Source of the DNA: Geopsychrobacteraceae bacterium
GTDB taxonomy: Bacteria; Desulfobacterota; Desulfuromonadia; Desulfuromonadales; Geopsychrobacteraceae
Direction of reading: 5' to 3'
Assembly: GCA_963662315.1 (NCBI GenBank)
Contig: OY759353.1
Span: 1,952,001 to 2,016,000 of the forward strand
Length of the DNA: 64,000 nt
This document shows positions 49,037 to 58,417 of the stretch, piece by piece. Position 1 is the first letter of the stretch; the number at the start of each line of letters is the position of its first letter. The notes below the pieces were generated by a model. The model was given only the letters and a program-made list of their open reading frames with translations, was not told where the DNA came from and made no database searches. The position numbers and the translations under genes were made by a program.

Positions 49037-49528
49037 ATGGAACAGGATCAGACAACCCGCTTACATAGTTTTCTCGAGTTTCTGCAACCACAGATCAATC
49101 AGGAAGTCCATGTCGGCCCCTGGTTGACCATGGATCAGGAACGCATCAATAAATTTGCCGAGGTTACCGGCGACCTGCAATGGATCCATATCGATCCGCA
49201 ACGTGCCGAAAAGGAATCACCTTATGGAGGCACAATTGCCCACGGTTACCTCACCCTGTCACTGCTCCCCTACCTCACGGAAAGCAATCACCCTGATTTC
49301 TTTCAGAAAAATTATCCGGGCATGAAATACCGGGTGAACTACGGGCTGAACAAGGTGCGTTTCCCGTCTCCGGTCAAGGTTGGTGCCAGGCTGCGTGCCC
49401 GCACGACAATCCAGGAAGTCGAACAGATTAAAAATTCCGTTCAGATTATCTACCTGATCACTGTTGAGCTTGAGGGTTCAGACAAACCAGCCTGTATTGC
49501 TGAATTCGTTGCCCGGCTCTATGCCTGA
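49037..49528 (+). CDS. MaoC-family (R)-enoyl-CoA hydratase/dehydratase
   Basis: FAEVTGDLQWIHIDP, TIAHGYLTLSL and NYGLNKVRFPSPV. Confidence 0.9.
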   Translation: MEQDQTTRLHSFLEFLQPQINQEVHVGPWLTMDQERINKFAEVTGDLQWIHIDPQRAEKESPYGGTIAHGYLTLSLLPYLTESNHPDFFQKNYPGMKYRVNYGLNKVRFPSPVKVGARLRARTTIQEVEQIKNSVQIIYLITVELEGSDKPACIAEFVARLYA

Positions 49529-49540
49529 CGTTCTTCCAAC

Positions 49541-49575
49541 CCGAAACCGCCTCAAACAGAAGGAGGCGGTTTCGG
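49541..49575. terminator. Hairpin/terminator between convergent genes
   Basis: CCGAAACCGCCTC / GAGGCGGTTTCGG, a 13-bp stem. Confidence 0.7.
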
Positions 49576-49613
49576 AATTTTCCCGACACAAGCAACCTTT
49601 TCTGGACAAGTGA

Positions 49614-50438
49614 CTATTTGAGACTCAATTGATAAATCAGGGCATATACCCCATGAGGATCTTGACCCGCAGCAACAGCAATTTCTTTAATAGTCTGCTC
49701 TGGTGTTGCCGTAATCCCCTGCGCCGCTAGACCTGATACCACCGTCATCACATCAAGTTTATACATACTACAAAGCACAGACAGTTTTCTTTGGCCGGTT
49801 CCTCCCGGAGCCTCCTCCGGCATCGCTGCAGCACCTCCGACACTCGGCGGCTTGATGATTTCATATATCCGCTGCGGTGACACCCCACTGCGTTCGGCGA
49901 GTTCACCAACCGGCTCATTATTATCAACGACATGAATACTAGCACTTTCCAACTTGGCAATACTTGCTTCCAGATCGGCCTTGACCTTATAGACAAAGTC
50001 GGCCAGTGGCGAGAGCTCAGCATGACCATAGGGGGGCTCACCATAAGCCAGATTGGCCTTTTCGCTGATAGTGGCGCCCAGGTCAATCACCGTACTCATC
50101 GGTGGAATCCCGGCCAGGGTGCCAAAAAACACCACGAGAGTAACCACCACAGAGATATTGAAATCAAGCGTAAACATACGAAACTGGCGCGCTTTGTTTT
50201 TCATATAACTCATCACCGCTTGCCAGTTGTAATAGGTGTGCAGAACAATGGCTATGAAGAAAAGGAAGCCAAGGTTTATATGTACAGCCCCCCACTGATC
50301 TTTGGTCATACCCCAAAGTTGCCAATTAGACCAGTAAGCCACACGCCCAGCGGGGACAATATACAGAACAATACTGGTCACCATCAGCAGAAGAAAGGAA
50401 AGCAGAGCGGTCAATGATGTTACTTTGCGCATATTCAT
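49614..50438 (-). CDS. DUF4405-like membrane protein
   Basis: Three transmembrane segments; TSIVLYIVPAGRVAYW..W..VH...LH..NW pattern; GAGGAG RBS. Confidence 0.7.
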   Translation of the reverse strand: MNMRKVTSLTALLSFLLLMVTSIVLYIVPAGRVAYWSNWQLWGMTKDQWGAVHINLGFLFFIAIVLHTYYNWQAVMSYMKNKARQFRMFTLDFNISVVVTLVVFFGTLAGIPPMSTVIDLGATISEKANLAYGEPPYGHAELSPLADFVYKVKADLEASIAKLESASIHVVDNNEPVGELAERSGVSPQRIYEIIKPPSVGGAAAMPEEAPGGTGQRKLSVLCSMYKLDVMTVVSGLAAQGITATPEQTIKEIAVAAGQDPHGVYALIYQLSLK

Positions 50439-50573
50439 AGTGTTGTGCACTCCTCACAGTTAGCAATTTTTCAAAATATATCATTTTCCGAATATTTAAA
50501 AAGTAAAGTTTTGTAAATGTGAATCGACTACCAGAAAATGGCCATAGAACAACACAGAGAGGTGGTCCCTGAA

Positions 50574-51656
50574 TCAGATATTAAACGGCAATTCCAATTG
50601 TGGTGCATCGTCAACAACAATATCTGAGGTCAGGTTTGAGATCGTGATTCCCAACAGACGCACCGACCTCTGCCCCGCTTCAGTTTTATCCAGCAAATCT
50701 TCGGCCAGAGCTATTATGTCCTCGGCACTTGCTATGGGTTCATCATGGCTGATGCTGCGCGTTACTGTCTGAAAATCGGAATATTTCACTTTAAGAGTCA
50801 GGGTCAGCCCATTGGTCGCGGCACTTTCCAAAAGAGCGGCAACACGGTTTGCCAGATCCCCGATAATCGTCATCATCTGACTGCGGCCAGCAAGATCCTC
50901 CCCCAGTGTCGTCTCCTTCCCGATTGATTTCCTGACCCGGTCAGGAACAACCGGCCGTTCGTCGATCCCCCGGGCAATGTAAAAATAGTAAGCTCCTGCC
51001 TTTCCGAAGGCCCGGATCAAATCATCCAGATCGACCTTCAACAGGTCAGCACCACAGTGAATACCGAGGCGCTTCATTTTCCTTTCCGTTACCCGGCCGA
51101 CACCATGAAAGCGCCGGATCGGCAGTTGAGCGATAAAGTCTGCGGCCTGTGCCGGCGTTACGACCGTCAATCCGTTTGGTTTATGAACATCAGAGGCAAT
51201 TTTGGCAAGAAACTTATTATAAGAGACACCAGCAGAGGCAGTCAGTTTGGTCTGCTCCGAAATTTTACGGCGAATTTCCTGGGCAATCCAGGTTGCCGAC
51301 TGGACCCCCGCCTTATTGGTGGAAACATCCAGGTAGGCTTCATCAAGAGAGAGCGGCTCAACCAGATCGGTATAACTCAAAAAAATGTCCCGGATCTGTT
51401 GAGAAACTTGGCGATATACCGGAAAGCGAGGACGAACAAATATGGCTTCCGGACACAGTCGAAAGGCACGCGCCGCTGACATGGCAGAGTGAATTCCAAA
51501 TTTGCGCGCTTCATATGAGCAGGTTGCAACAACACCGCGCCCCCTGGGATCACCGCCGACAATGACCGGCTTTCCTTTTAAATCCGGGTTATCCCGTTGT
51601 TCAACCGATGCATAAAAAGCATCCATGTCAATATGGATAATCTTTCTGGGAATCAC
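50574..51656 (-). CDS. dinB: DNA polymerase IV
   Basis: IHIDMDAFYASVE, CSYEARKFG, SLDEAYLD and AKIASD..KPNG. Confidence 0.95.
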   Translation of the reverse strand: MIPRKIIHIDMDAFYASVEQRDNPDLKGKPVIVGGDPRGRGVVATCSYEARKFGIHSAMSAARAFRLCPEAIFVRPRFPVYRQVSQQIRDIFLSYTDLVEPLSLDEAYLDVSTNKAGVQSATWIAQEIRRKISEQTKLTASAGVSYNKFLAKIASDVHKPNGLTVVTPAQAADFIAQLPIRRFHGVGRVTERKMKRLGIHCGADLLKVDLDDLIRAFGKAGAYYFYIARGIDERPVVPDRVRKSIGKETTLGEDLAGRSQMMTIIGDLANRVAALLESAATNGLTLTLKVKYSDFQTVTRSISHDEPIASAEDIIALAEDLLDKTEAGQRSVRLLGITISNLTSDIVVDDAPQLELPFNI

Positions 51657-51664
51657 ACAACCTC

Positions 51665-51722
51665 AAAAAAAAAACCGCAGTATGGTCTGTAAACAACGAG
51701 GTTACAGTTTACCATTACTGCG
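51665..51722 (-). promoter_or_regulatory. Hairpin plus T10 with nested palindrome CTGTAA-N9-TTACAG upstream of dinB
   Basis: CGCAGTA.TGGT...ACCA.TACTGCG stem; inner palindrome at 51687-51707. Confidence 0.5.
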
Positions 51723-51808
51723 ATTTCATAGCCAAAACGAAAAGAGGTGCCTCCAGTCCGGAAGCAACCCGGGAACGGATAACACGTTACCTTCAGGATT
51801 GTGTATTG

Positions 51809-52237
51809 TTAAATAATTTCAAGCAATTCAAGATCGAAGTTGAGAGCCTTCCCGGCCATGGGATGGTTGGCGTCAAGCATGATTTTACCATCTTCGGTCA
51901 GCTCTTTGACGGTCAGGAGTAACGGAGTGCCGTCGGGCATTTGCGTTTGAAACTGCTGGCCCAGTTCTGGCGCTAAACCTTCTTCAAACTGGTTGGGGTC
52001 GGCAGCAAAAACCATCTGCTCATTATAAGGTCCATAGGCTTCTTCTTCAGAGATATGAACCTTCTTGGTATCACCGACACTCATGCCAATAACCGCCTGA
52101 TCGAAACCTGGAATCACCTGGCCGGCACCAACTTCAAACTCAAACGGATCTCTGCCTCTGGAAGAATCAAAAACTTCACCATTATCAAGGGTTCCGGTGT
52201 AGTGTAGTTTTACTTTGTTGCCTGCTACGACTGTCAT
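51809..52237 (-). CDS. FKBP-type peptidyl-prolyl isomerase (short SlyD-like)
   Basis: HYTGTLDNGEVFDSS, VIPGFD and DANHPMAGKALNF. Confidence 0.9.
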   Translation of the reverse strand: MTVVAGNKVKLHYTGTLDNGEVFDSSRGRDPFEFEVGAGQVIPGFDQAVIGMSVGDTKKVHISEEEAYGPYNEQMVFAADPNQFEEGLAPELGQQFQTQMPDGTPLLLTVKELTEDGKIMLDANHPMAGKALNFDLELLEII

Positions 52238-52370
52238 GTTTGCTCCTGTTTTTTATGAGTATTGCCAATTTTTTATTGGTGAATCAGGGTTACATTTCTG
52301 ATCACGGAAATCAACCCCTCGGTCACCATTTTCTTAAATTCTAAAAAAATAGTCTGCAGAAACAGGAGCT

Positions 52371-52838
52371 TTAGACAGGATCACAGACGTTGGCCAGTTC
52401 AGCACCGGTTAAGGTTTGCAATTGAGCAACGGTCACCGGAACTGCGGAGAAACTGTTCCCGGCGGCTGCATAGACGACCGGAAACCGCGCTAATGACTGA
52501 TCCAAGACCAGAGGCAATTCTGCCGGCAGCAAAAAGGGGCAGACACCACCAGGCAGATATCCGGTGTATTCCTGAACATCTTCGGCCTCCGGAAGTTTGA
52601 CCTTTCCTGACAGCTGAAACGCCTGCTTCAGAAGAGAACTTTTGACCTTCATATCGCCACAAGTAACAACGGCAACAGCTGTCCCGCCGATGATAAACAG
52701 CAGGGTTTTGGCTATTTCCGCCACGCTACAGCCGACCGCTGTCGCCGCAGTAGCTGCTGTCGCCGTTTCCTGTTGATACTCCCAAACTTCAATATCATGT
52801 TGCTGTAGATAGGTTTTAATCTGACCGATATCAGGCAT
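52371..52838 (-). CDS. YbaK/ProX-family tRNA editing protein
   Basis: IAKTL, TGYLPGGVCPF and AAG. Confidence 0.85.
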   Translation of the reverse strand: MPDIGQIKTYLQQHDIEVWEYQQETATAATAATAVGCSVAEIAKTLLFIIGGTAVAVVTCGDMKVKSSLLKQAFQLSGKVKLPEAEDVQEYTGYLPGGVCPFLLPAELPLVLDQSLARFPVVYAAAGNSFSAVPVTVAQLQTLTGAELANVCDPV

Positions 52839-52841
52839 AAG

Positions 52842-54074
52842 CTATTCCTGCAGTAACGCCAACTGTTGAACCGCTTCTTCGGCCAGTTCAGGATCAAGAC
52901 GAGGATCACCGACAACCTTGCTCAGCAATTTGAGGGCATCCTTACGCCAGTTGCGTGCCATATAAGTCTGGGCCGCACGCAGCTGCCACCGTGGGTTATC
53001 CGGCTCTTCCCGGCACGCGGCATTAAATACGTCAAGCACCTTGGAAAGTTCTTTTTTCTGGCGCAGCCAGAACTCTGCCAAGGGCAAACTGATGCCTCCA
53101 CAGCCCCTGGATGGGATTCTTTTCAACGCCTGCTCTGCTTCTTCGAGACATGCCAAGCGCTCAAAAACCATGGCAGCCAGTTGCAGAAACGCCGGGTCCC
53201 CATTTTGTACGGTAAGGCCCAGACGCGCTTCCTGTCCAGCACGTTCAAGCTCCCCCTGCTGGGCGTAGAGGTATGTTAGTTGAGCATGACAGAAACGTGG
53301 ATTCATCCCTTTTTCAAGGAGAGAACGTAATAACTGTTCAGCAGCACGAAAATCATGAAGCTGCTGCAAAACGGTCACCAACGCTTCAATGACAAGGGGT
53401 TGTTCTCCTTTAAGCTGTAGCGATTGTTCTAATGCACTGCGCGCCTCCCCCAGCATCCCACAGCGACCATACAAGGAACCGAGTTCAAAATAAAAGAGAT
53501 CATCGCGCTCAGCGTTGGGTACCGACTGCCAGGCAACCAACGCACTCTGATCTTCGCCGGCATGGGTTAGCAGAAATGCCTGTTTAAAGGCGCTGCTCTT
53601 TTCCGTGTAACGCGACCGCATTTCCTCGGGGTAGGAGGTCAGTATCAGATCGAGTTGCAGATCATCATGTCCGGTGGAAGAATAATCCTCAGCGTTATCT
53701 TCGCCATCAGCCCCCCCGGAAATGGCATCAGGTCTTTCACATTTGGGGGTGTCATGCATTGCAGCGCTGATTTTCTGACGTAGGTCCTCATTGTGAACCA
53801 GGCTGGCAGCCAATTCAAAATATTCCTGAGCTTGCTTATGCTGACCATTGCGCTGAAAACCCAGCCCTTCATCAAGATTACGCCGAGCCAATTTATCACC
53901 GGCCTCTTCCGCCAACAGCAAGACCTGCTGTCTGGCCTCCGGATCAAGATCCTTGGCCAGCAGATCGTCTGCCATCACTCGTGCATCTGCATAACGCTTT
54001 TGATTTACTACTTTTTCAAGTTGCTCCAGAGTTGTTTTATTACCAAACAGCTTACCAAACAGCCCCATAAACAT
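52842..54074 (-). CDS. Tetratricopeptide-repeat protein
   Basis: Repeated helical LG..Y...G....A....E..L patterns. Confidence 0.7.
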   Translation of the reverse strand: MFMGLFGKLFGNKTTLEQLEKVVNQKRYADARVMADDLLAKDLDPEARQQVLLLAEEAGDKLARRNLDEGLGFQRNGQHKQAQEYFELAASLVHNEDLRQKISAAMHDTPKCERPDAISGGADGEDNAEDYSSTGHDDLQLDLILTSYPEEMRSRYTEKSSAFKQAFLLTHAGEDQSALVAWQSVPNAERDDLFYFELGSLYGRCGMLGEARSALEQSLQLKGEQPLVIEALVTVLQQLHDFRAAEQLLRSLLEKGMNPRFCHAQLTYLYAQQGELERAGQEARLGLTVQNGDPAFLQLAAMVFERLACLEEAEQALKRIPSRGCGGISLPLAEFWLRQKKELSKVLDVFNAACREEPDNPRWQLRAAQTYMARNWRKDALKLLSKVVGDPRLDPELAEEAVQQLALLQE

Positions 54075-54165
54075 GCTCTCCTGCTGACATCATTACCAGT
54101 CATTGTTTATATACATTTTAAACGGTCAAACATCTGGTTCAGAACAGCAACAGACTCTCCCCCGT

Positions 54166-54202
54166 AAAAGAAAGAAACCCGCAAGGGACATGCCCCTGCG
54201 GG
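54166..54202 (-). terminator. Intrinsic terminator after the DRTGG gene
   Basis: CCCGCAGGGG...CCCTTGCGGG followed by TTTCTTTCTTTT on the minus strand. Confidence 0.65.
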
Positions 54203-54228
54203 AGAGAATCGGTTTCTGATTGAAACAT

Positions 54229-55320
54229 TTAAAAGACCGAATCTATCAGGTCAAAGTTCAGCTCTGATTCGGCCAATTGCTGGATGAGTTGGATTTTTTC
54301 TTCATCATCGACGCCGATTTTAGCAACATCCTCATTGATACAGGTATAAACCTCAGCGGTTGCTGATGGGGTCCGCATATAAGGAATACCAGAATCATCG
54401 ATAACCTTTTGGACAATGTCGGCAACTGGAGTCACACCAACAATGACCAGACCTGCAATCTTTTTCTTATATTCCTTCATATGATACAGAGTCGAAAGCA
54501 TAACCAGAACTTCGTCGCGGCTGCTGGTTACGATAACCAGGGTCGAATCTTTCAGCAGATCCACGACCCGTTGGGTGGCCGGCGCCGCCAATTGCACATG
54601 ATGGACAATTCTGCTGTATTGGTTTTTCGCCCCATGCAGATCCACTTTGAGCAATTCAGAGAGATACTTCAGAGTGGGATCGGCAAGAATCGGGGAATAA
54701 TTGAAGCCTCCGACAACTTTCAGGTCCATATCTTCAAAGGCAATCTCCAGATATTTTAAAGTCCTTTTGCGCTTGCTGCTGACCAGTTTGTTGGGCATGA
54801 CCATCCGAACTTCTGTGCCAAATTCGCGAAACAAAGCAAGATTCAGATGTACCACATCGATAACGTTACCAACACCGGCCCCTGTAATCATCAGCACCGG
54901 CGCTTCAAGCCAGCTGGCAAGTTGCGCGTTGTTCATGCCCATAACAGAACCGACACCGCTGTGACCAGCCCCTTCAATAATCAGGAAATCACACTCTTTT
55001 TCCAGGATCTCCACAGCTTTGACAATTTTATCAAGGTAGATTTGCGGATCCTTGCGGTTTTCAAGAAAATCACGGGTTGTATATTGATCAAGAACGACGG
55101 GAGACATCAGGTCCAATTTATCATCCATATCGTAAACATGAGCAATCAGGGCGGCGTCAACATCAACAGAGCGCCCCAGATAACTGGTACGTTTAGGACC
55201 AAAAGGCTTGATAAACCCGACTCGTTTGTACTTTTTTCTAGCAAGATGCAACAACGAGACGCTGGTCGTCGTTTTTCCACAGTTCTGCCCAGTTGCTGCA
55301 ACGAAAATTTTCTTGCACAT
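54229..55320 (-). CDS. BioD-like P-loop + DRTGG-domain protein (Pta N-terminal-like)
   Basis: ATGQNCGKTT, GFIKP, IIEGAGH.GVG and VIVTSSRDEV. Confidence 0.8.
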   Translation of the reverse strand: MCKKIFVAATGQNCGKTTTSVSLLHLARKKYKRVGFIKPFGPKRTSYLGRSVDVDAALIAHVYDMDDKLDLMSPVVLDQYTTRDFLENRKDPQIYLDKIVKAVEILEKECDFLIIEGAGHSGVGSVMGMNNAQLASWLEAPVLMITGAGVGNVIDVVHLNLALFREFGTEVRMVMPNKLVSSKRKRTLKYLEIAFEDMDLKVVGGFNYSPILADPTLKYLSELLKVDLHGAKNQYSRIVHHVQLAAPATQRVVDLLKDSTLVIVTSSRDEVLVMLSTLYHMKEYKKKIAGLVIVGVTPVADIVQKVIDDSGIPYMRTPSATAEVYTCINEDVAKIGVDDEEKIQLIQQLAESELNFDLIDSVF

Positions 55321-55378
55321 AAGCTTAACTCCTTCTCTTCATCCCACCGAATAGTGATTTCAGCGCAATTCATGCCAA

Positions 55379-55389
55379 TGGTATTACCA
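55379..55389. promoter_or_regulatory. TGGT-N3-ACCA operator candidate
   Basis: TGGTATTACCA about 60 bp upstream of the 55320 start codon. Confidence 0.5.
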
Positions 55390-55497
55390 TGAGCATAACA
55401 TTAATAACCGCATTATCTTTGTTGATTGACGTTGGTTCCTTAAACCACCTTTCTACCACTTTTATGTTCTTTACAATTCCATCAAGGACAGTCCTTA

Positions 55498-56352
55498 TCA
55501 GGTCAGAAACAGCTTACGCTCTTTCATAAACTCAGAAACGAATTTTTCCGCTAGATCATCGACGTGCATCGGATTTGCCTCAAGGGCCAGAGAGCCACGA
55601 CTGATGGCCAGATCAATAGGCTCCTCCTGGTCAAAACCAATACCAAAATGGCGACAGAAATCACTGGCCAAGCGCAGCACGGCACAGAGTTTATAAACCA
55701 CCGGATTATCTTCCCGCAACGCATCAAAATCAGGATGGTGCAAAGTGGCATCAACAATTTGCTTGGGGTAATTCCAGTAATCCAGCAACGCCGCCCCAAC
55801 CATTTCGTGAGAATAGGCAAACAGTCCGCGCTCGACATCACGTAACTGCCCTTTCCCTTCAGCAACAACCTGCAAGACCTGCAGGTACAGCTGTTTGTCG
55901 CGATTGATCATCAGCACCTTCCCGATATGATGCTGAAGCCCGGTCAGATAAGCGACTCCCTTATCAAGATTTGTCAACCGATCGGCGAGCATCCGGCATG
56001 CGACAGCACAGCCAATCGAGTTTTCCCACAATTTCCGTTCAATAATACCATATGTTTTATGGGTGCTGCGCAAACTATATTCAAGAGCCATATTTTTAAG
56101 GGCATCTTCACCAATCACAACGATGGCACGGTCAACCGTATTAACCTGCTTAACCAGCTTGTAATAAGCTGAATTTGCCATACGCAGCAGGCGCGCCGAA
56201 ATAACCGGGTCAAGAGATACCGCATTAGCAAGATCCTTGATCCGCAGGTCAGGTTTACGCAGTAAATCCAGGATTTTGGTCGCCACAATCGGAGACGGTG
56301 GCAGTTCTCCCATATTTTTAATGATCGACTCAAAATCGCGAAACATGTTCAT
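55498..56352 (-). CDS. Stand-alone HDOD-domain protein
   Basis: LPPSP, DPVISARLLRMANSAYY, GLQHHIGK and H..VG..L...W..P. Confidence 0.88.
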   Translation of the reverse strand: MNMFRDFESIIKNMGELPPSPIVATKILDLLRKPDLRIKDLANAVSLDPVISARLLRMANSAYYKLVKQVNTVDRAIVVIGEDALKNMALEYSLRSTHKTYGIIERKLWENSIGCAVACRMLADRLTNLDKGVAYLTGLQHHIGKVLMINRDKQLYLQVLQVVAEGKGQLRDVERGLFAYSHEMVGAALLDYWNYPKQIVDATLHHPDFDALREDNPVVYKLCAVLRLASDFCRHFGIGFDQEEPIDLAISRGSLALEANPMHVDDLAEKFVSEFMKERKLFLT

Positions 56353-56492
56353 GTCGGACTATCCGGTTTGGAGCTGATAGTGATTCAGCATCACTTAAGG
56401 CCCACACAGACAGCATGATAAAATGGGGGCCTTGTTTTACATCTATTGTTTCGAATATCTGGAATTTACCAGAAGCGAAAAAGAAGGTACAT

Positions 56493-56520
56493 AAAAAATC
56501 AGGGACATGTGGTCCCTGAT
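56493..56520 (-). terminator. Intrinsic terminator of the nuo/CoA-binding unit
   Basis: ATCAGGGAC/GTCCCTGAT stem plus a T tract on the minus strand. Confidence 0.7.
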
Positions 56521-56572
56521 GTTATACGCAATAAAGAATAATTCACATGGATTAGAAAATCCAGTGCCGTAT

Positions 56573-56977
56573 TTAATGACCTTCGCAACCCAGTTCCACC
56601 AGCAGGCATGGACCTCCGGAAACCACATTGGTACCATGCTCCCGGCAGAAGGCAACCGCATCAGCACTCTCTGCCCCCGGCTGCATCCAGATATTTTTTA
56701 TCCCCTTGGCTGCGGCGGTCTGGACAATTTTTTCTGTGACCTGCGGTGGTGTGATAACAGAAAGGCTTATAACATTATCAGGCAGAGCCTCCACACTGGT
56801 CACGCAGGGGACTCCATCCAGTTCCGTCAACGCCGGATGAACAGGAATGACCTCATAACCGTGCTGGCGATAACAGGCAAACACCTTATAGCCGAATTTA
56901 TCGCGATTCGCAGAAGCGCCCACAACAGCGTAAATTTGCGAGGTAAAAAATTGTTTCAACTGCTCCTGTAGTGTCAT
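56573..56977 (-). CDS. CoA-binding protein (YccU-like)
   Basis: AVVGAS....KFG, PVHP, WMQPG and GPC. Confidence 0.85.
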   Translation of the reverse strand: MTLQEQLKQFFTSQIYAVVGASANRDKFGYKVFACYRQHGYEVIPVHPALTELDGVPCVTSVEALPDNVISLSVITPPQVTEKIVQTAAAKGIKNIWMQPGAESADAVAFCREHGTNVVSGGPCLLVELGCEGH

Positions 56978-57001
56978 GCTGTCATCTCCACCAGATCTGG
57001 A

Positions 57002-58417
57002 TTAAAAAACTGCGGCAACAAGATTAAATAACGGGGTCGGGTAAACTCCAAAGAAAATAATGGCGCAAGTACAGCAGGCCAAAACGAAATTTTCCTCTCC
57101 GGAACTTTTTTCAATATCTGTCAGAACTGCCTGGTCCTGCATGAACATGGATATGACCGGTTTAAGATAATAGTAGACCGACACCAGTGAACTGAAAATG
57201 CCCACGACGGCAAGTCCTCCGTAACCATGAGCAAGAGCAGTGCGGAACAGGCTGAACTTGGCAAAAAAACCGGCCAAAGGTGGAATACCCGCCAGAGAGA
57301 ACATAAACAAAGCCAAAATGATAGTGCGCTTGGGGTAAAGGTATCCAATCCCTCTGAGATCTGAATACTCCTGAATTTCACCGCGCGGAGAGCTCAGAGA
57401 GGTAACCACTGCAAAAGCACCAAAGGTTGAAAAACTGTAAATGATCAGATAAGTGAGCAAGGCCTTACTTCCATCGATACCGCCGACCAGTAACGCCATA
57501 ATCAGATAGCCCATATGAACAACCGAGGAGTAAGCCAGCATCCGCTTAATGTTGCTCTGGGGCAGCGCCACAAAAGTCCCGAGCAACATGGTTATGATAG
57601 CCAGCACCCAAAGAATCGATTTAACATCAGCTCCGGCATCTCCCAATAAGGACAGTAGCGGGAGCAGAGCGGTCAGCACGGCACCTTTGGCGGCGGTAGC
57701 CAGCAGGCCACTTACCGGGGCCGGAGCGCCCTGATAAACATCAGGAGTCCAGAGGTGAAACGGAACCAGCGATATTTTAAAGCCAATGGCAACCAGCAGC
57801 ATAGCCCAGCCTGCCAGTCCCAACGCGCGCAAACGACCATCCACGATCAGCCCGGTCATGGCTTCGGGCAGGTGAAACGTACCAACAGCGGTGTAAATCA
57901 GGGCAATGCCAAAAGCAATAAACCCCGTCGCTACGGCGCCAAAAACCAGATATTTGATCCCGGCTTCGGAACTTCTGTCATCTTCACGGTTAAAAGCAAT
58001 CAACACGTAAATGACCAAGGTAAAGGATTCAAGACCAAGAAAGACACCAAACAGGGAACTTGCCGCCGACAGCAACCCCATACCAGCCCCGGCGAACAGC
58101 AACAGCGCGGTATATTCCGAACCTGGGAAGCGCATCATATCTGCATAGCGCCGTGAAACAAGTAAAGTCATAGCAACAAGAAGAGCCCACATAATGCTGC
58201 AGAATCGTGCATAGACGGTGGTGACAAACATCCCTCCGACTTCGGTCAGTGTTGGCTCATAAACAGCGCTGCACAAAGCCGCAACACCGGCAATAACGAC
58301 TCCACAATAAAGCCAGCCGCGCCGTCCTGGAAACCAGGCTCCCAGCAACAGGACCAATGTCGCCCCAAGGGCGAGAATAATGTACGGCAGAAGTGATTGA
58401 ATGGCAGCGAAACTCAT
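57002..58417 (-). CDS. nuoN: NADH-quinone oxidoreductase subunit N
   Basis: EAGIKY, FKISLVPFHLWTPDVYQGAP and KRMLAYSS; ATGA overlap with nuoM. Confidence 0.93.
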   Translation of the reverse strand: MSFAAIQSLLPYIILALGATLVLLLGAWFPGRRGWLYCGVVIAGVAALCSAVYEPTLTEVGGMFVTTVYARFCSIMWALLVAMTLLVSRRYADMMRFPGSEYTALLLFAGAGMGLLSAASSLFGVFLGLESFTLVIYVLIAFNREDDRSSEAGIKYLVFGAVATGFIAFGIALIYTAVGTFHLPEAMTGLIVDGRLRALGLAGWAMLLVAIGFKISLVPFHLWTPDVYQGAPAPVSGLLATAAKGAVLTALLPLLSLLGDAGADVKSILWVLAIITMLLGTFVALPQSNIKRMLAYSSVVHMGYLIMALLVGGIDGSKALLTYLIIYSFSTFGAFAVVTSLSSPRGEIQEYSDLRGIGYLYPKRTIILALFMFSLAGIPPLAGFFAKFSLFRTALAHGYGGLAVVGIFSSLVSVYYYLKPVISMFMQDQAVLTDIEKSSGEENFVLACCTCAIIFFGVYPTPLFNLVAAVF

